A DNA stretch of 64,000 nucleotides from a virus: the IMG/VR virus record IMGVR_UViG_3300042534_000747, one strand, 5' to 3'. The notes under the pieces are model-generated. The model saw only the letters and a program-made list of their open reading frames with translations. It had not been told where the DNA came from and made no database searches. The position numbers and the translations under genes were made by a program. Every line of letters begins with the position of its first letter. The stretch's first letter is position 1. Of this stretch, positions 9,068 to 19,233 are shown in pieces.

Positions 9068-12000
9068 ATGGATAATGAACGTGATTATTTAGAAAATTTT
9101 CATACAGATATAAATGATATTAATTATCATACTGAGCATGAATTTTCTAAAGATTTAGAAACATTATATAAGTTGTTAGAAAATACAACATTAGATGATT
9201 CACTAAATACTAAAAAACATAATATTATCCAGTATTATAATAATCAAGGTAGATTTGATAGGGAATATGAATTTTTAAGTGATAAAGATATTGATTTTGA
9301 TAATATAAATCATGTTGATTATTATTTTAGAAAAATATTAAATCAAAATAACCTTTCTATTAATGATTTTGGCAAAAGATATAAAGAATTATTTGGAAAA
9401 AAAGTTAATTTTAACAATACTCATTTATATGTTAGTCAAATAGCAAATGCTTTAAAAGTTATTGATAATGCATTTAAATTTCCAGAATATGCTTATAATT
9501 TGATAAAAACAACTAGAGCAGGATGCACAACTAGTATGGGTATGGCAACTTTGATTAGAAATAAATCAATTCTTATCGTTGAGCCTACAAATAAAATTGC
9601 ATATGATGTAGTTGAAGAAGTTCATGAAAATTATGAAAGATTAACATTAGATTTTACTAAAAAAAGAAGAGCAATTCCTTCAAATAAAGATGGATGTAGT
9701 TTTGTACAATCTAAAATATTTGCATATGAAAATTTGAAAGAAATGCCTTATATTATTTCAAAAGCATGTGATGGATGTAAAGAACATTCTTCATATCCAA
9801 TTGGTCAAAAAAGTATTCCTAAAGCAACTAGAGAAAATTGTACAATCAAAACAATGATGGATGAAACAAAGGAATATGGAACTAGTTGGAAACCTGATAT
9901 TTTAACTATAACATATGATAAATTATTATCATTGAAATATGGTCAAAGGGGAGAATATTTTAAAAAATTAATTGATAATGTTGATATTATCCTTTTTGAT
10001 GAAATTGGTGATTTTGTTTCAAATTCAGATAATGGAATTGAATTGAAAAAAGTAACTACTACATCTGGATATGTAGAAGTGAAAAATATTGCTAAAATAA
10101 TGAATTCTATAAAAATGAAATTATTTATAGATATGGAAGAGCATCAGCGTGTTGTTTTTACAGAGTTTATTCAAGAATTTGTTAGACCATTCATTAACGA
10201 AGTTTGTATACCTGCAATTGATAATGAAATTTTACCTGTGTATATTGATAATTCACCATTTCAGCAAAAATTATGTAAAGCAAAAATTAAACAAGGAAAT
10301 ATTACAAAAACAATGTTAGTGCCAAAACTTGAAGCACTTGAAAATAAAATTATTGAAATATATGAATTATTGGAAGAACTAATATATTATGCAACTGATG
10401 AAAAGAAAGACTTAATCATTTGGTTAATAAATATAATGAAAATTATGACATGCAAGACTCTTGTTGTTTATGAAACTCATGGATTAGTTCATAATGATGA
10501 TAGGACTGAAAGTGAAATTGATTATATAAAATTGTCACCAATGATTGATGAAAAAGTAAAAGAATTGGCAGAATTTACACATAATAAAGTTGTATTTTTT
10601 ACAGATGCAACAATGCCTTGTTATAATTTTGATGCATTTGGAAAAAGATTTAGTGATTTTTATTTTGGAGACCCAAATAAAACAAATCAAAATTTACTGA
10701 TGGTCAATGATAAAAATGTAGAAAGATTCAGTAATCATAAATGGTTTAAAGATTCTAATTATAGAAAATTAATAATGATTAAAATAGAACAATCATTATA
10801 CTATTTTGGTGAAAAAGGAATTATTATATGGACTCCAAATATTAAAATTTGTAATAGTGTTATAAAAGAATTAACAAAAAGAGGTATAGAAGTACAATCA
10901 GGTGATGAGGATATTAATTTTAGTGAAATCACTGATTTATATGGAAAATATAATAAATATAGTAATAAATTAAAATCTAAAAAAGACCCTAGAGTAATGG
11001 TAACTTACTATGGTGGTTCTATTGCAAGGGGAGTTGAAACAAAACAATTGTATCAAATTATGCTAGGTAAAGCCAATAAACCTAAAGGTTCATACAAACA
11101 CTTAGCATACATGCAGAGAGTTCAGTGGGAAGCATTTGATGATAGAGTCATAGAATCTATGGCTTTAGAATTTGAACTCACTACAGGCGAATTTAAAAGA
11201 AAAATAAACTCTTGGATGAGAAAAAAATACAATAAAGATAAAGTTATCATGAAAAAAACTTTGCCATTAGAATTAAAAACATATTTTGAAAAATATGCAG
11301 AAGTAATTCAGATGGAAAAAACATATATGGATACTTGGCAAGCAGGTAGTAGGGCAAAGGATTCTAAAGGTATTGAAAGATGTGTACTTTTATGTTTAGG
11401 TTGGAATACTAAAGATATTTGGGAAATGGTAAAATGGGGAAGCAATAAAAGTGTAAAATATATTCCATTTAGAGATACACTTAATAGAACATTGTTAAAT
11501 CAAGAAAATATTATTGCACCGCCTAATGCAATTGAAATTGTAGATTATGTTGAAATTAAAAAATGGTTTGAAGGCGGAGACATTGTTAATGATTGTGTAG
11601 GTTTTTCTGATGATTTAGATAATGGAATTATGGAAATGTTAATTAGAGGTAGAAAATATGTTACAACTGAAGAAATATGGATGGAATTAAGTAAAAATTT
11701 ACCAGTTGGCAATTTAAGTGAAGATTATACTAATGGATATTTGATAGGAACTATTAGAGCATTTTTATTATACAATGATTTTGGTGAAGATATAATTTGT
11801 AAAGAGAATAATTCAAGTATATATAAATTTACATCTCCAAAATATACATTCACATTATCAAAAACACCAAAGATTATTAAATCAAATCATAAAATGTATG
11901 ATAAATTTTTAATTAGTAAATATAATGATATTAGATTGATTAGTGAAATTTTGAAAACAGTATATCGAATAAAGAAAGATAAAGTATCACTTAGTGACAT

Positions 12001-12511
12001 TTTAAATTATAATAAAAAGTTATCTAAACCTGAATTTACAATGACTAAAAATCCTGTAATAACAATTAAAAGAATTTATAATTTCATGTATAGTAAAAAT
12101 CTTTTATTAGGCACTAGTTGGAAATTTGTAGATAGAATGAGAAAAGGCAAAATGATATTTGATATTCAAAAAAATATGAAAGAAACAGCATATGATATTA
12201 TTATTGGAACTGCACCAGTAGATGTAAAAAAGAAATTAAGACTTAAAGATAGGAAAGTTATTGAATGTATTATAGATTGGAATTATAATGGAAAAACTAA
12301 TAAATATAATTATAATTCAAATTATATGGAATTAACATTAAAAGATATTAAACGTGAAACAAAACTTGATGTTGAAGATATTAAAGAAGTAATTAAGAAG
12401 TTCTTTAATGAAAATCATAATCACTTTGGATTAAAATGTTTAGCATTTATCACAAAAGATAAAAGAGGGGAAAGAGTTTCAATGTACAGAACATCATTGA
12501 ATGACATGTAA
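9068..12511 (+). CDS. Large SF2-helicase-like protein with atypical Walker A
   Basis: TTRAGCTT (motif I, K->C), ILIVEPT (Ia), Cys cluster, DIILFDEIG (II), FTDAT (III), ARGV (V), QAGSR (VI); basic C-terminal region. Confidence 0.6.
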   Translation: MDNERDYLENFHTDINDINYHTEHEFSKDLETLYKLLENTTLDDSLNTKKHNIIQYYNNQGRFDREYEFLSDKDIDFDNINHVDYYFRKILNQNNLSINDFGKRYKELFGKKVNFNNTHLYVSQIANALKVIDNAFKFPEYAYNLIKTTRAGCTTSMGMATLIRNKSILIVEPTNKIAYDVVEEVHENYERLTLDFTKKRRAIPSNKDGCSFVQSKIFAYENLKEMPYIISKACDGCKEHSSYPIGQKSIPKATRENCTIKTMMDETKEYGTSWKPDILTITYDKLLSLKYGQRGEYFKKLIDNVDIILFDEIGDFVSNSDNGIELKKVTTTSGYVEVKNIAKIMNSIKMKLFIDMEEHQRVVFTEFIQEFVRPFINEVCIPAIDNEILPVYIDNSPFQQKLCKAKIKQGNITKTMLVPKLEALENKIIEIYELLEELIYYATDEKKDLIIWLINIMKIMTCKTLVVYETHGLVHNDDRTESEIDYIKLSPMIDEKVKELAEFTHNKVVFFTDATMPCYNFDAFGKRFSDFYFGDPNKTNQNLLMVNDKNVERFSNHKWFKDSNYRKLIMIKIEQSLYYFGEKGIIIWTPNIKICNSVIKELTKRGIEVQSGDEDINFSEITDLYGKYNKYSNKLKSKKDPRVMVTYYGGSIARGVETKQLYQIMLGKANKPKGSYKHLAYMQRVQWEAFDDRVIESMALEFELTTGEFKRKINSWMRKKYNKDKVIMKKTLPLELKTYFEKYAEVIQMEKTYMDTWQAGSRAKDSKGIERCVLLCLGWNTKDIWEMVKWGSNKSVKYIPFRDTLNRTLLNQENIIAPPNAIEIVDYVEIKKWFEGGDIVNDCVGFSDDLDNGIMEMLIRGRKYVTTEEIWMELSKNLPVGNLSEDYTNGYLIGTIRAFLLYNDFGEDIICKENNSSIYKFTSPKYTFTLSKTPKIIKSNHKMYDKFLISKYNDIRLISEILKTVYRIKKDKVSLSDILNYNKKLSKPEFTMTKNPVITIKRIYNFMYSKNLLLGTSWKFVDRMRKGKMIFDIQKNMKETAYDIIIGTAPVDVKKKLRLKDRKVIECIIDWNYNGKTNKYNYNSNYMELTLKDIKRETKLDVEDIKEVIKKFFNENHNHFGLKCLAFITKDKRGERVSMYRTSLNDM

Positions 12512-12562
12512 GAAATTAATTAACATTATATATTATACCATTAAAAAAGAAAAAAGAAAGAA

Positions 12563-13651
12563 TTAATTAATACGGTAAATATAATATAATTCACCATTAT
12601 ATCTTTCTTCAGATTCTTCACCATCATATTGTGATATAAAGTGACCTCTACCATCTGAACTGATTGCATCTGCTATAAAATCATCCATATCATCTATCAT
12701 ATCTGTTATAGTATCGTTTGAACTTTCATAATCAGCTTGAATTTCACTAATTATAGCTTCCATATCTCCTGAACCTTCTATAAATTCAAATATATGTTGA
12801 GATGGAATGCCTTCACTTGCTAATTGGTCAAAAAAAGTATCTTCCCATTCACGATTATCTTCATAAGCTTCATCTTCATCAAATCCTGTTTCACGGAGTT
12901 CTTCTTCAATATCTGAAACATTTTGTTCACATTCTTCTAAGAATTCTTGTGCTTCATCTATTTCTTCTCCATCACCTGTATCATTTGCAGATTCAAGACT
13001 TTCTTCAGCTTCACCAAGTTCTTCCCTTGCATCAACAAGTCTTGCCATTATGTCTAAAGCATTTTGGAAATCTTGTCTCATTTCATTATATTCATCAATA
13101 ATATTCTCAACATTATTATTTATATGGTCATTGATAAAACTTGCATTGAAAGCCCATACTGTATCTCTAATATATTCTTCAGCGATTTCATCTGCTTCAC
13201 TATCTGTAACTACATAAAATTCTGCATTACCAACTGTAAATACTTGTACATTATTATACTCATTTGATTCAAGTTCAATTTCATCAATACTTACACCTTG
13301 ATTTTGTGCAAGTGCTCTTGCTCTATCATTGGTTTCTTCATCTCCAAAATCAACATTATCATCATCTTCATCAAATATAGGTGCATTAATTCTAGGTGAT
13401 ATAGTATTTCCACCATCACTTTTTATAGTATTAAGATTTGAATTTGATTTAAATTTATCAATATCTTCTGTATTTACTGTAATACCTATTGCGTTGTAAA
13501 TTGATGCAATTTTTGATGAACCTATGTGAGAAATTAAAGCTACTCTTTCCCATCCTACTCTTTTCATATCTTCACTAGATTCAATACCCATACTTCTAAG
13601 TTTATTTATAGTTTCATAACCAATTCCATTAATATTTTCTATATTTGACAT
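12563..13651 (-). CDS. HhH domain fused to a very acidic domain
   Basis: N-terminal IENINGIGYETINKL..MG (helix-hairpin-helix, RadA-NTD-like); D/E-rich remainder ending DGRGHFISQYDGEE. Confidence 0.65.
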   Translation of the reverse strand: MSNIENINGIGYETINKLRSMGIESSEDMKRVGWERVALISHIGSSKIASIYNAIGITVNTEDIDKFKSNSNLNTIKSDGGNTISPRINAPIFDEDDDNVDFGDEETNDRARALAQNQGVSIDEIELESNEYNNVQVFTVGNAEFYVVTDSEADEIAEEYIRDTVWAFNASFINDHINNNVENIIDEYNEMRQDFQNALDIMARLVDAREELGEAEESLESANDTGDGEEIDEAQEFLEECEQNVSDIEEELRETGFDEDEAYEDNREWEDTFFDQLASEGIPSQHIFEFIEGSGDMEAIISEIQADYESSNDTITDMIDDMDDFIADAISSDGRGHFISQYDGEESEERYNGELYYIYRIN

Positions 13652-13723
13652 TTTTTCACCTTTTTAATTTATTTGCATTTGATATTAATTACATTTATTT
13701 ATATATAAACTTTTCTATAATTA

Positions 13724-13990
13724 TTATTTATTAATTTTTTCATTCATATGTCTTTGCAATTCATCAATTGTGTGAAATCCTGCATTATTTAATTTTTTCC
13801 AATTTTTTACCGTTAATTTTGTAAAATCATATTTTATTTCATTTTCTGTAATTGTACAAACTTTATTATTATAAAATATTACTTCGAGATAAGTATGTGG
13901 TTTATTATCTAACATAATCATTTTTTTATCATTTGTTGATTGGTTATCCTTTCCATATTTCCAATAAAATAATTTTTGTGATATGTTCAT
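13724..13990 (-). CDS. Hypothetical protein
   Basis: Co-oriented, overlapping-stop coupling in the small-gene array. Confidence 0.55.
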   Translation of the reverse strand: MNISQKLFYWKYGKDNQSTNDKKMIMLDNKPHTYLEVIFYNNKVCTITENEIKYDFTKLTVKNWKKLNNAGFHTIDELQRHMNEKINK

Positions 13991-14571
13991 TTTTTAATAC
14001 CCATGTTTGCAATCTTAAATGCAATTTTTTCCATATCTTCTTTTTTAATATGCTGAACTGAATCTTCAATATGCAATAAACATTTTTTTATTGCTTCATC
14101 GATTGTGATATCTATTCCATCATTTGAAATAGAATTAATTTCCATAGTGAACATATTTGAATGATATTTCATAAAAAAATCAGTGTGATAATATTCATAA
14201 TCAATCTGTTCTAACATATGAATGCATAATGATGTAATTTTATTTGGAAATAATTTTATTTGATAATTTTGTCTTTCATTTGTATTATCCCATCTAACAT
14301 TTATTTGATGTGGATGATGAATATCTACATCTTTATTTTTTGGATATAATGTAGCAGGTTCATACACTTCAATTATTCCTATAAAATCATTTACTTCATA
14401 TATTTTTGACCATCTTAATAATGAACTACTTCGATATTCATTTCTTATTTTTAAATCTTTTAAAATCCTATTTGAATCTCCATCTTTCATTTTTTTGTAA
14501 ATTGCTACATCAGATGATACTTCATTAAAATTTAAATTTTTAATTGAATTTTTGTACATATTAACCTCCAT
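13987..14571 (-). CDS. Hypothetical protein
   Basis: 194-aa ORF, coupled to neighbours. Confidence 0.65.
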   Translation of the reverse strand: MEVNMYKNSIKNLNFNEVSSDVAIYKKMKDGDSNRILKDLKIRNEYRSSSLLRWSKIYEVNDFIGIIEVYEPATLYPKNKDVDIHHPHQINVRWDNTNERQNYQIKLFPNKITSLCIHMLEQIDYEYYHTDFFMKYHSNMFTMEINSISNDGIDITIDEAIKKCLLHIEDSVQHIKKEDMEKIAFKIANMGIKK

Positions 14572-14829
14572 TTATTCAAATCTATCCATAAATTGACTAA
14601 ATACATTTATTGTATTACCACATTTTTCACATTTAATTTTTTCATCATTCCAAATTTTATATTTACCTAATTCTGTCCAACATTTATCACAATAAAGTTC
14701 ATGATAGAATATTTCATTTTTAGAATTTGATTCTTTAGCTAATACAAGTATCATTTTCCATAAATATTCATTTTCTTTTTCCAATCTTGAAATATCTTCT
14801 TCAATCATTAATACCACATACCATATCAA
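14572..14829 (-). CDS. Hypothetical Zn-ribbon protein
   Basis: CDKC...CEKC. Confidence 0.6.
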   Translation of the reverse strand: MIWYVVLMIEEDISRLEKENEYLWKMILVLAKESNSKNEIFYHELYCDKCWTELGKYKIWNDEKIKCEKCGNTINVFSQFMDRFE

Positions 14830-14859
14830 TTTCTGTAAATCCTAATTTTTTAAAATCTA

Positions 14860-15189
14860 TCATTTTTTAACCTTTATATTTAATAAAACAAATTTACCTT
14901 CATTATTTTTTTCGGCAAGTTTTAAACCATATGGAAAGCACATTTCAACTAAGAATTTTTGTGGATAAATCATATTAAATTTACCATCTGGTTTTTTCCA
15001 TCCATAGTATGTGTTTTCATCATCTACATTTGTTTCTGAAACAATAACTTCAATTACAGGTTCATCACCATACATTTTAGTTAATATTGGGTGAGATTTA
15101 ATATGCATGAAATAATTACGTTTCTCTAATTCGTGAAATACTTCATGACAATAAAATGTTTGATTATTTTCCATTAATAAAATCTCCAT
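14860..15189 (-). CDS. Hypothetical protein
   Basis: 109-aa ORF coupled to the methyltransferase gene. Confidence 0.65.
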   Translation of the reverse strand: MEILLMENNQTFYCHEVFHELEKRNYFMHIKSHPILTKMYGDEPVIEVIVSETNVDDENTYYGWKKPDGKFNMIYPQKFLVEMCFPYGLKLAEKNNEGKFVLLNIKVKK

Positions 15190-15782
15190 GAAGTATTTCT
15201 TTCTCTTTTTCTCTGTGATTCAAGTATACCTCTACACCATGAACCCTGATAGTCTGTATGTCTGCCATATTTCCTGTGTAGCTTCTTCATTCCTTCAAGG
15301 TTATCAGTACATATATCATCCCAAATATCATGCCATATAGCATCGTAACGGACATTCTTAGGTGGTTTGTACTCATAGGCATCTGCATGTATAATTGTAA
15401 GCTTATCACCATATATATCCTGATAAAATGGTGCTACTAAAGCAATTACATCTTCAGACATTTCAATAACTGTTACATGAGTAACTTCAGGCTTATTAAG
15501 TACTGCCTGTAATACCATTCCTATACCTAATCCATTTATGAGAACATTGCCTGTTGCATTACCTATAAAACTAAGATGGTCTTTAATTTCATTAGGTGTA
15601 TCACTCATAATGAGATAATTATTTCTTGTAAGTTTTGTGTATGTGCCTTCAGGAACACCACGACCCCCATTAAATGCACTTCTCATTAGTTGAAATTCAG
15701 CTTCTTTTTTAGTAACTTCAAATCTTGATACTTTCCATGCACCTGATTCTCCTTCAGGAATATTTACTTTGTATTTATTCAT
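15174..15782 (-). CDS. Class I SAM-dependent methyltransferase (spermidine-synthase-like fold)
   Basis: VLINGLGIG (motif I), VTVIEMS, IIHADAY, YDAIWHDIW. Confidence 0.8.
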   Translation of the reverse strand: MNKYKVNIPEGESGAWKVSRFEVTKKEAEFQLMRSAFNGGRGVPEGTYTKLTRNNYLIMSDTPNEIKDHLSFIGNATGNVLINGLGIGMVLQAVLNKPEVTHVTVIEMSEDVIALVAPFYQDIYGDKLTIIHADAYEYKPPKNVRYDAIWHDIWDDICTDNLEGMKKLHRKYGRHTDYQGSWCRGILESQRKRERNTSWRFY

Positions 15783-15788
15783 TTAATT

Positions 15789-15826
15789 CACCTACAATGA
15801 ATAACATAGGGTTGATACTATATGAA
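15789..15826 (-). promoter_or_regulatory. Repeated promoter/RBS unit
   Basis: TTCATATA-N18-TCATTGTAGGTG. Confidence 0.65.
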
Positions 15827-15851
15827 TGTTTCGTAAAAAAAGAAAAAATAT

Positions 15852-16076
15852 TCAATTAATCAGTACAACATCAAATTCAAAATCAGCATTATACCCTTCT
15901 TTCTTTGCAGTTTCGATATCATCTGAAAACCATCCGAAGTTTTCTTCAGGTGTATATTCGGAATCTGCAAAATAAGAATGTTTTGAAAGTGCTTCTTTCC
16001 AATTTTCAGCTTCTATAATTTCAATTGTAAGACCTGTACCCATATTATCATAATATCCTACTGCATATTTTGCCAT
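15852..16076 (-). CDS. Small acidic hypothetical protein
   Basis: 74 aa, D/E-rich, coupled to upstream gene. Confidence 0.65.
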   Translation of the reverse strand: MAKYAVGYYDNMGTGLTIEIIEAENWKEALSKHSYFADSEYTPEENFGWFSDDIETAKKEGYNADFEFDVVLIN

Positions 16077-16078
16077 AT

Positions 16079-16423
16079 TTATTCACCATCATTACATCTA
16101 TTATATTCAATGAATTTTTCCACATCAGTGTTATAAGCTATCAATGTGTCGTTTTCTGTAAGAAATCCAAAATGTGAAATTGTTTTATTACAATCCCATT
16201 CATTAACATTAATTACAATTTTTTTCCATTGAGTCATTGAATCTTCCATTCTGTTTGATATGTGACTACGTGCATAATTATAATAATCATAAAGATTCAA
16301 TGCATCTAAAATTTGATTAAGTTCATCACAATTAGTTGCAAGTCCTGCTGACATACAAATATCACTAAGTGCTTTTTTTATTATTTTTTTTCGATTGTTA
16401 ATTATTGATTCAATAATATTCAT
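16079..16423 (-). CDS. Hypothetical protein
   Basis: Directly behind a repeated promoter unit. Confidence 0.65.
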   Translation of the reverse strand: MNIIESIINNRKKIIKKALSDICMSAGLATNCDELNQILDALNLYDYYNYARSHISNRMEDSMTQWKKIVINVNEWDCNKTISHFGFLTENDTLIAYNTDVEKFIEYNRCNDGE

Positions 16424-16430
16424 TGTAATT

Positions 16431-16468
16431 CACCTACAAGGTAATAATAGGCACTAATCATATATAAA
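16431..16468 (-). promoter_or_regulatory. Repeated promoter/RBS unit
   Basis: TTTATATA-N18-ACCTTGTAGGTG; shares ATTTATATATGATTAGTGC with the unit at 36723. Confidence 0.7.
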
Positions 16469-16524
16469 TTTATGTAATATTTGTTGTAAATAATTATATA
16501 TAGCATATAATATATAATTAAATT

Positions 16525-16881
16525 ATGTTTGTACCACATTATAAAAAAATAAATGGATTGAACTACATATTGGTTAATAGTAGTGGATTTGAAGGGTTTA
16601 ATGTTGAAAAAGCTAAATCTGTAAAAAAATTATATAAAGAAAAAGGATATAAAATTCGTTCAATTACTAATAATGAAGGAATTTTTGTATATATTCATAA
16701 AGCTGATATTCCTGATGTAATGAAAGCAAGAGAATTTGGTAAAAAAGCATTCAAAGATGGTAAACATCCAATACCTGCACAAAATAAAGACCTTATGAAT
16801 CTGATAGGAAAATCTAAAGAATCGATTATGTTGTTAATGAGTGAATTTGTATATGCATGGCATGAAGAAAATTTAAAGTAG
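16525..16881 (+). CDS. Hypothetical protein
   Basis: 118-aa ORF, lone plus-strand gene in the array. Confidence 0.6.
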   Translation: MFVPHYKKINGLNYILVNSSGFEGFNVEKAKSVKKLYKEKGYKIRSITNNEGIFVYIHKADIPDVMKAREFGKKAFKDGKHPIPAQNKDLMNLIGKSKESIMLLMSEFVYAWHEENLK

Positions 16882-16889
16882 GTATAAAA

Positions 16890-17288
16890 TTACCTATTTT
16901 CAATCTTTTGTTTATATAATTCTTTAATTATTGCTCTAATTACATTTCTAGGAGTGAATTCTTTTGATATTTTTATTCCATCAAGTCTTTTTCTTTTAGT
17001 ATCTTTCCACTGAATTTCAGCAATTGTTTTTCCATCTTTATAGTAATTTCTACGAATAATTAATGTATCATCACCATAATCAAATCTTGCAAAAAATACA
17101 GTATCATTGATTCCTAATTGATTTCCTTCTAAATCTAAAAGGAATTCATCACTACCTTTAATGTATGAATATCTTACAAGAATTCCATGTAATTCACCAT
17201 TTGTCAAAGCTACTATTTCTTTACCACCAATACCAATATAATGCCATCCATCAGGGATAGCAGATTGGTCAGATTTATAGAATTCCAT
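16890..17288 (-). CDS. Hypothetical protein
   Basis: 132-aa ORF with GGAG RBS. Confidence 0.65.
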   Translation of the reverse strand: MEFYKSDQSAIPDGWHYIGIGGKEIVALTNGELHGILVRYSYIKGSDEFLLDLEGNQLGINDTVFFARFDYGDDTLIIRRNYYKDGKTIAEIQWKDTKRKRLDGIKISKEFTPRNVIRAIIKELYKQKIENR

Positions 17289-17340
17289 TATAAATTCTCC
17301 ATTTTTTCATCATATAATACTTTAATCATTCTTTCACCTA

Positions 17341-17814
17341 TTAGATTAAATGAGAATATCTTGATTTACGAATTTTTAAATTTTCAGGTACATATCCTAA
17401 CGATATAGCTTCATAAGCTTCCATAGGTGATATTGTTCCTTTTTCTACTGCATCTGACAAATGTTGCCATTGTGCAACACCAGATATGTTTTGTGCTGCT
17501 TTTTTTCTGTTTCCACCCATACTTGTATGCCATTCACGTTGATATCGTAAACATGCATCATGTATATCAGCATGTGGAATTTCTTTAATGGAATTTCCTC
17601 TTGTGAATAAATCATCTACAATAGGAATAATGATTTCTCCATTTTTATTAAAATATCTAATCTTTTGATACTTTCTACCTACAAATTTTACTATTTTTCC
17701 AATTGGAGAATCAATTGGCATTGATTTTATAAAATCAGGTTTTACTTTATTTGCATCAATTATAGTTATATACAAATCATCTTTTTTTGAAATATAGTTT
17801 TTACTTAAATCCAT
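17341..17814 (-). CDS. Hypothetical protein
   Basis: 157-aa ORF with GTAGGTG RBS and TATA. Confidence 0.65.
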   Translation of the reverse strand: MDLSKNYISKKDDLYITIIDANKVKPDFIKSMPIDSPIGKIVKFVGRKYQKIRYFNKNGEIIIPIVDDLFTRGNSIKEIPHADIHDACLRYQREWHTSMGGNRKKAAQNISGVAQWQHLSDAVEKGTISPMEAYEAISLGYVPENLKIRKSRYSHLI

Positions 17815-17857
17815 TTTACACCTACTCTAATTTAGTTTTATGAATATATAAAGATTT

Positions 17858-18496
17858 TTATAATACTTGTTCACCCAATACTGCATTTTTAGGATTGAGA
17901 AGTATATAATAATTTCCTACTTCACCATTTATATAGGTAGAAGAAAACCATGCTAAAAATTCTTGTCTTTCAGACGACCATCGTGTATTGATTTTGTATA
18001 TTCTTTGATGTGTTTCTATATTAATTTGAATTGATTTTTTATTTTTAAATGAATTTTCTATCATTTCCATATTTGATTTGTTTATAACAGTTGATATATT
18101 TGTAAATTTAGCATTTCCATCTTTATTAATTAATCCTAATAATAATTTTGTAGGTTCATCAATAGTTCCTAATGATTTCCATGTCAATTCATCATACCTA
18201 TAATTCAATATTTTTTCAATTGTTTTTTCAGGTGTTAATTTATTTTTATATTTAATTGTTATATTAAGAATTATATCTGGATTACTAATTACATCTGTTA
18301 TTTTAAAACCATTACTGGAATCAATTCTTTGATTGACAAATACTTTTCCATTTTTTTCAAATACTTTTCCAAATATTTGTTTATACTTAGAAAATCCTCT
18401 AAAATAAACAGGTTCAGAGAATTCAAATACTAATCTATCTCCATAATTCATCAATGGGATATATTCAGTAATTAATTTATTTTCTAAATCAATCAT
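17858..18496 (-). CDS. Hypothetical protein
   Basis: 212-aa ORF, TATA about 25 nt upstream (leaderless). Confidence 0.65.
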   Translation of the reverse strand: MIDLENKLITEYIPLMNYGDRLVFEFSEPVYFRGFSKYKQIFGKVFEKNGKVFVNQRIDSSNGFKITDVISNPDIILNITIKYKNKLTPEKTIEKILNYRYDELTWKSLGTIDEPTKLLLGLINKDGNAKFTNISTVINKSNMEMIENSFKNKKSIQINIETHQRIYKINTRWSSERQEFLAWFSSTYINGEVGNYYILLNPKNAVLGEQVL

Positions 18497-18524
18497 AAAT
18501 TTAAAAGAAGTTATTAATATATAA

Positions 18525-18613
18525 AGTTAATTATAATGTTGAATGATAGATAGTGAAACTATGAAATCCAAACTATCATTCAACATAATTTTGTGCAATG
18601 GAATTTGCAATCT
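18525..18613 (-). ncRNA. Candidate structured RNA D
   Basis: Promoter TTAGCAAACATTTATATG (18632-18648) is followed by no RBS or ORF but by a TGCAA/TTGCA hairpin and a perfect 14-bp stem 18536-18549/18573-18586 with an inner ATAGT/ACTAT stem. Confidence 0.45.
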
Positions 18614-18650
18614 GTATAATGTATGTTATTACATATAAATGTTTGCTAAA

Positions 18651-18983
18651 TTACCAATCTGACCAATCTGCATTATCTAAATTAGGTTTTTTGTTCAAGA
18701 CACTAATTGGATTGTAATAACTCCAATTATAAATTAATTTTTTATCTTCATCATTTAATTTACTTTTAATTTCAATATAAATTCTTGAAGTTGTTGCAAA
18801 TGATTCATATTCAATGTTACGTTCTTTCAATTCTCTAATGAATGCTTTCATCGTGTCTCTCATCATTTCATTAGATTTTATACTAAGCCATTTTATATCT
18901 TTAGACATACTTTCACTCTTATATTTATATATATAAACTTTTTTATAATTATTGTTTATTAATTTACCATTTAAATTCATCAT
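18651..18983 (-). CDS. Hypothetical protein, tandem paralogue 2
   Basis: IKWLSI..NEM..RIYIE..NW.YYNPI..L..KP shared with the adjacent ORF. Confidence 0.65.
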   Translation of the reverse strand: MMNLNGKLINNNYKKVYIYKYKSESMSKDIKWLSIKSNEMMRDTMKAFIRELKERNIEYESFATTSRIYIEIKSKLNDEDKKLIYNWSYYNPISVLNKKPNLDNADWSDW

Positions 18984-19233
18984 AATCTGAAACTTCAGGT
19001 TTAGATGCTAATCTTTTAATTGGATGATAAAACATCCATGAATTTATTTCTTTAACTTTATCTTCAGTTAAATCGCCATATGCTTCAATGTATATTTTTC
19101 TTGTTGTTTGATAAAAAGTTAAACTCATTGATTCTTTCAACATTTTAACAAAAAAATTCATATCATTATATATCATGTTGTTTGTATCAACACTAAACCA
19201 TATTTTCTTATCTTTATAAGATTTTATTTCCAT
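18964..19233 (-). CDS. Hypothetical protein, tandem paralogue 1
   Basis: KIWFSV..NNM..KIYIE..SW.FYHPI..L..KP. Confidence 0.65.
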   Translation of the reverse strand: MEIKSYKDKKIWFSVDTNNMIYNDMNFFVKMLKESMSLTFYQTTRKIYIEAYGDLTEDKVKEINSWMFYHPIKRLASKPEVSDYDEFKW

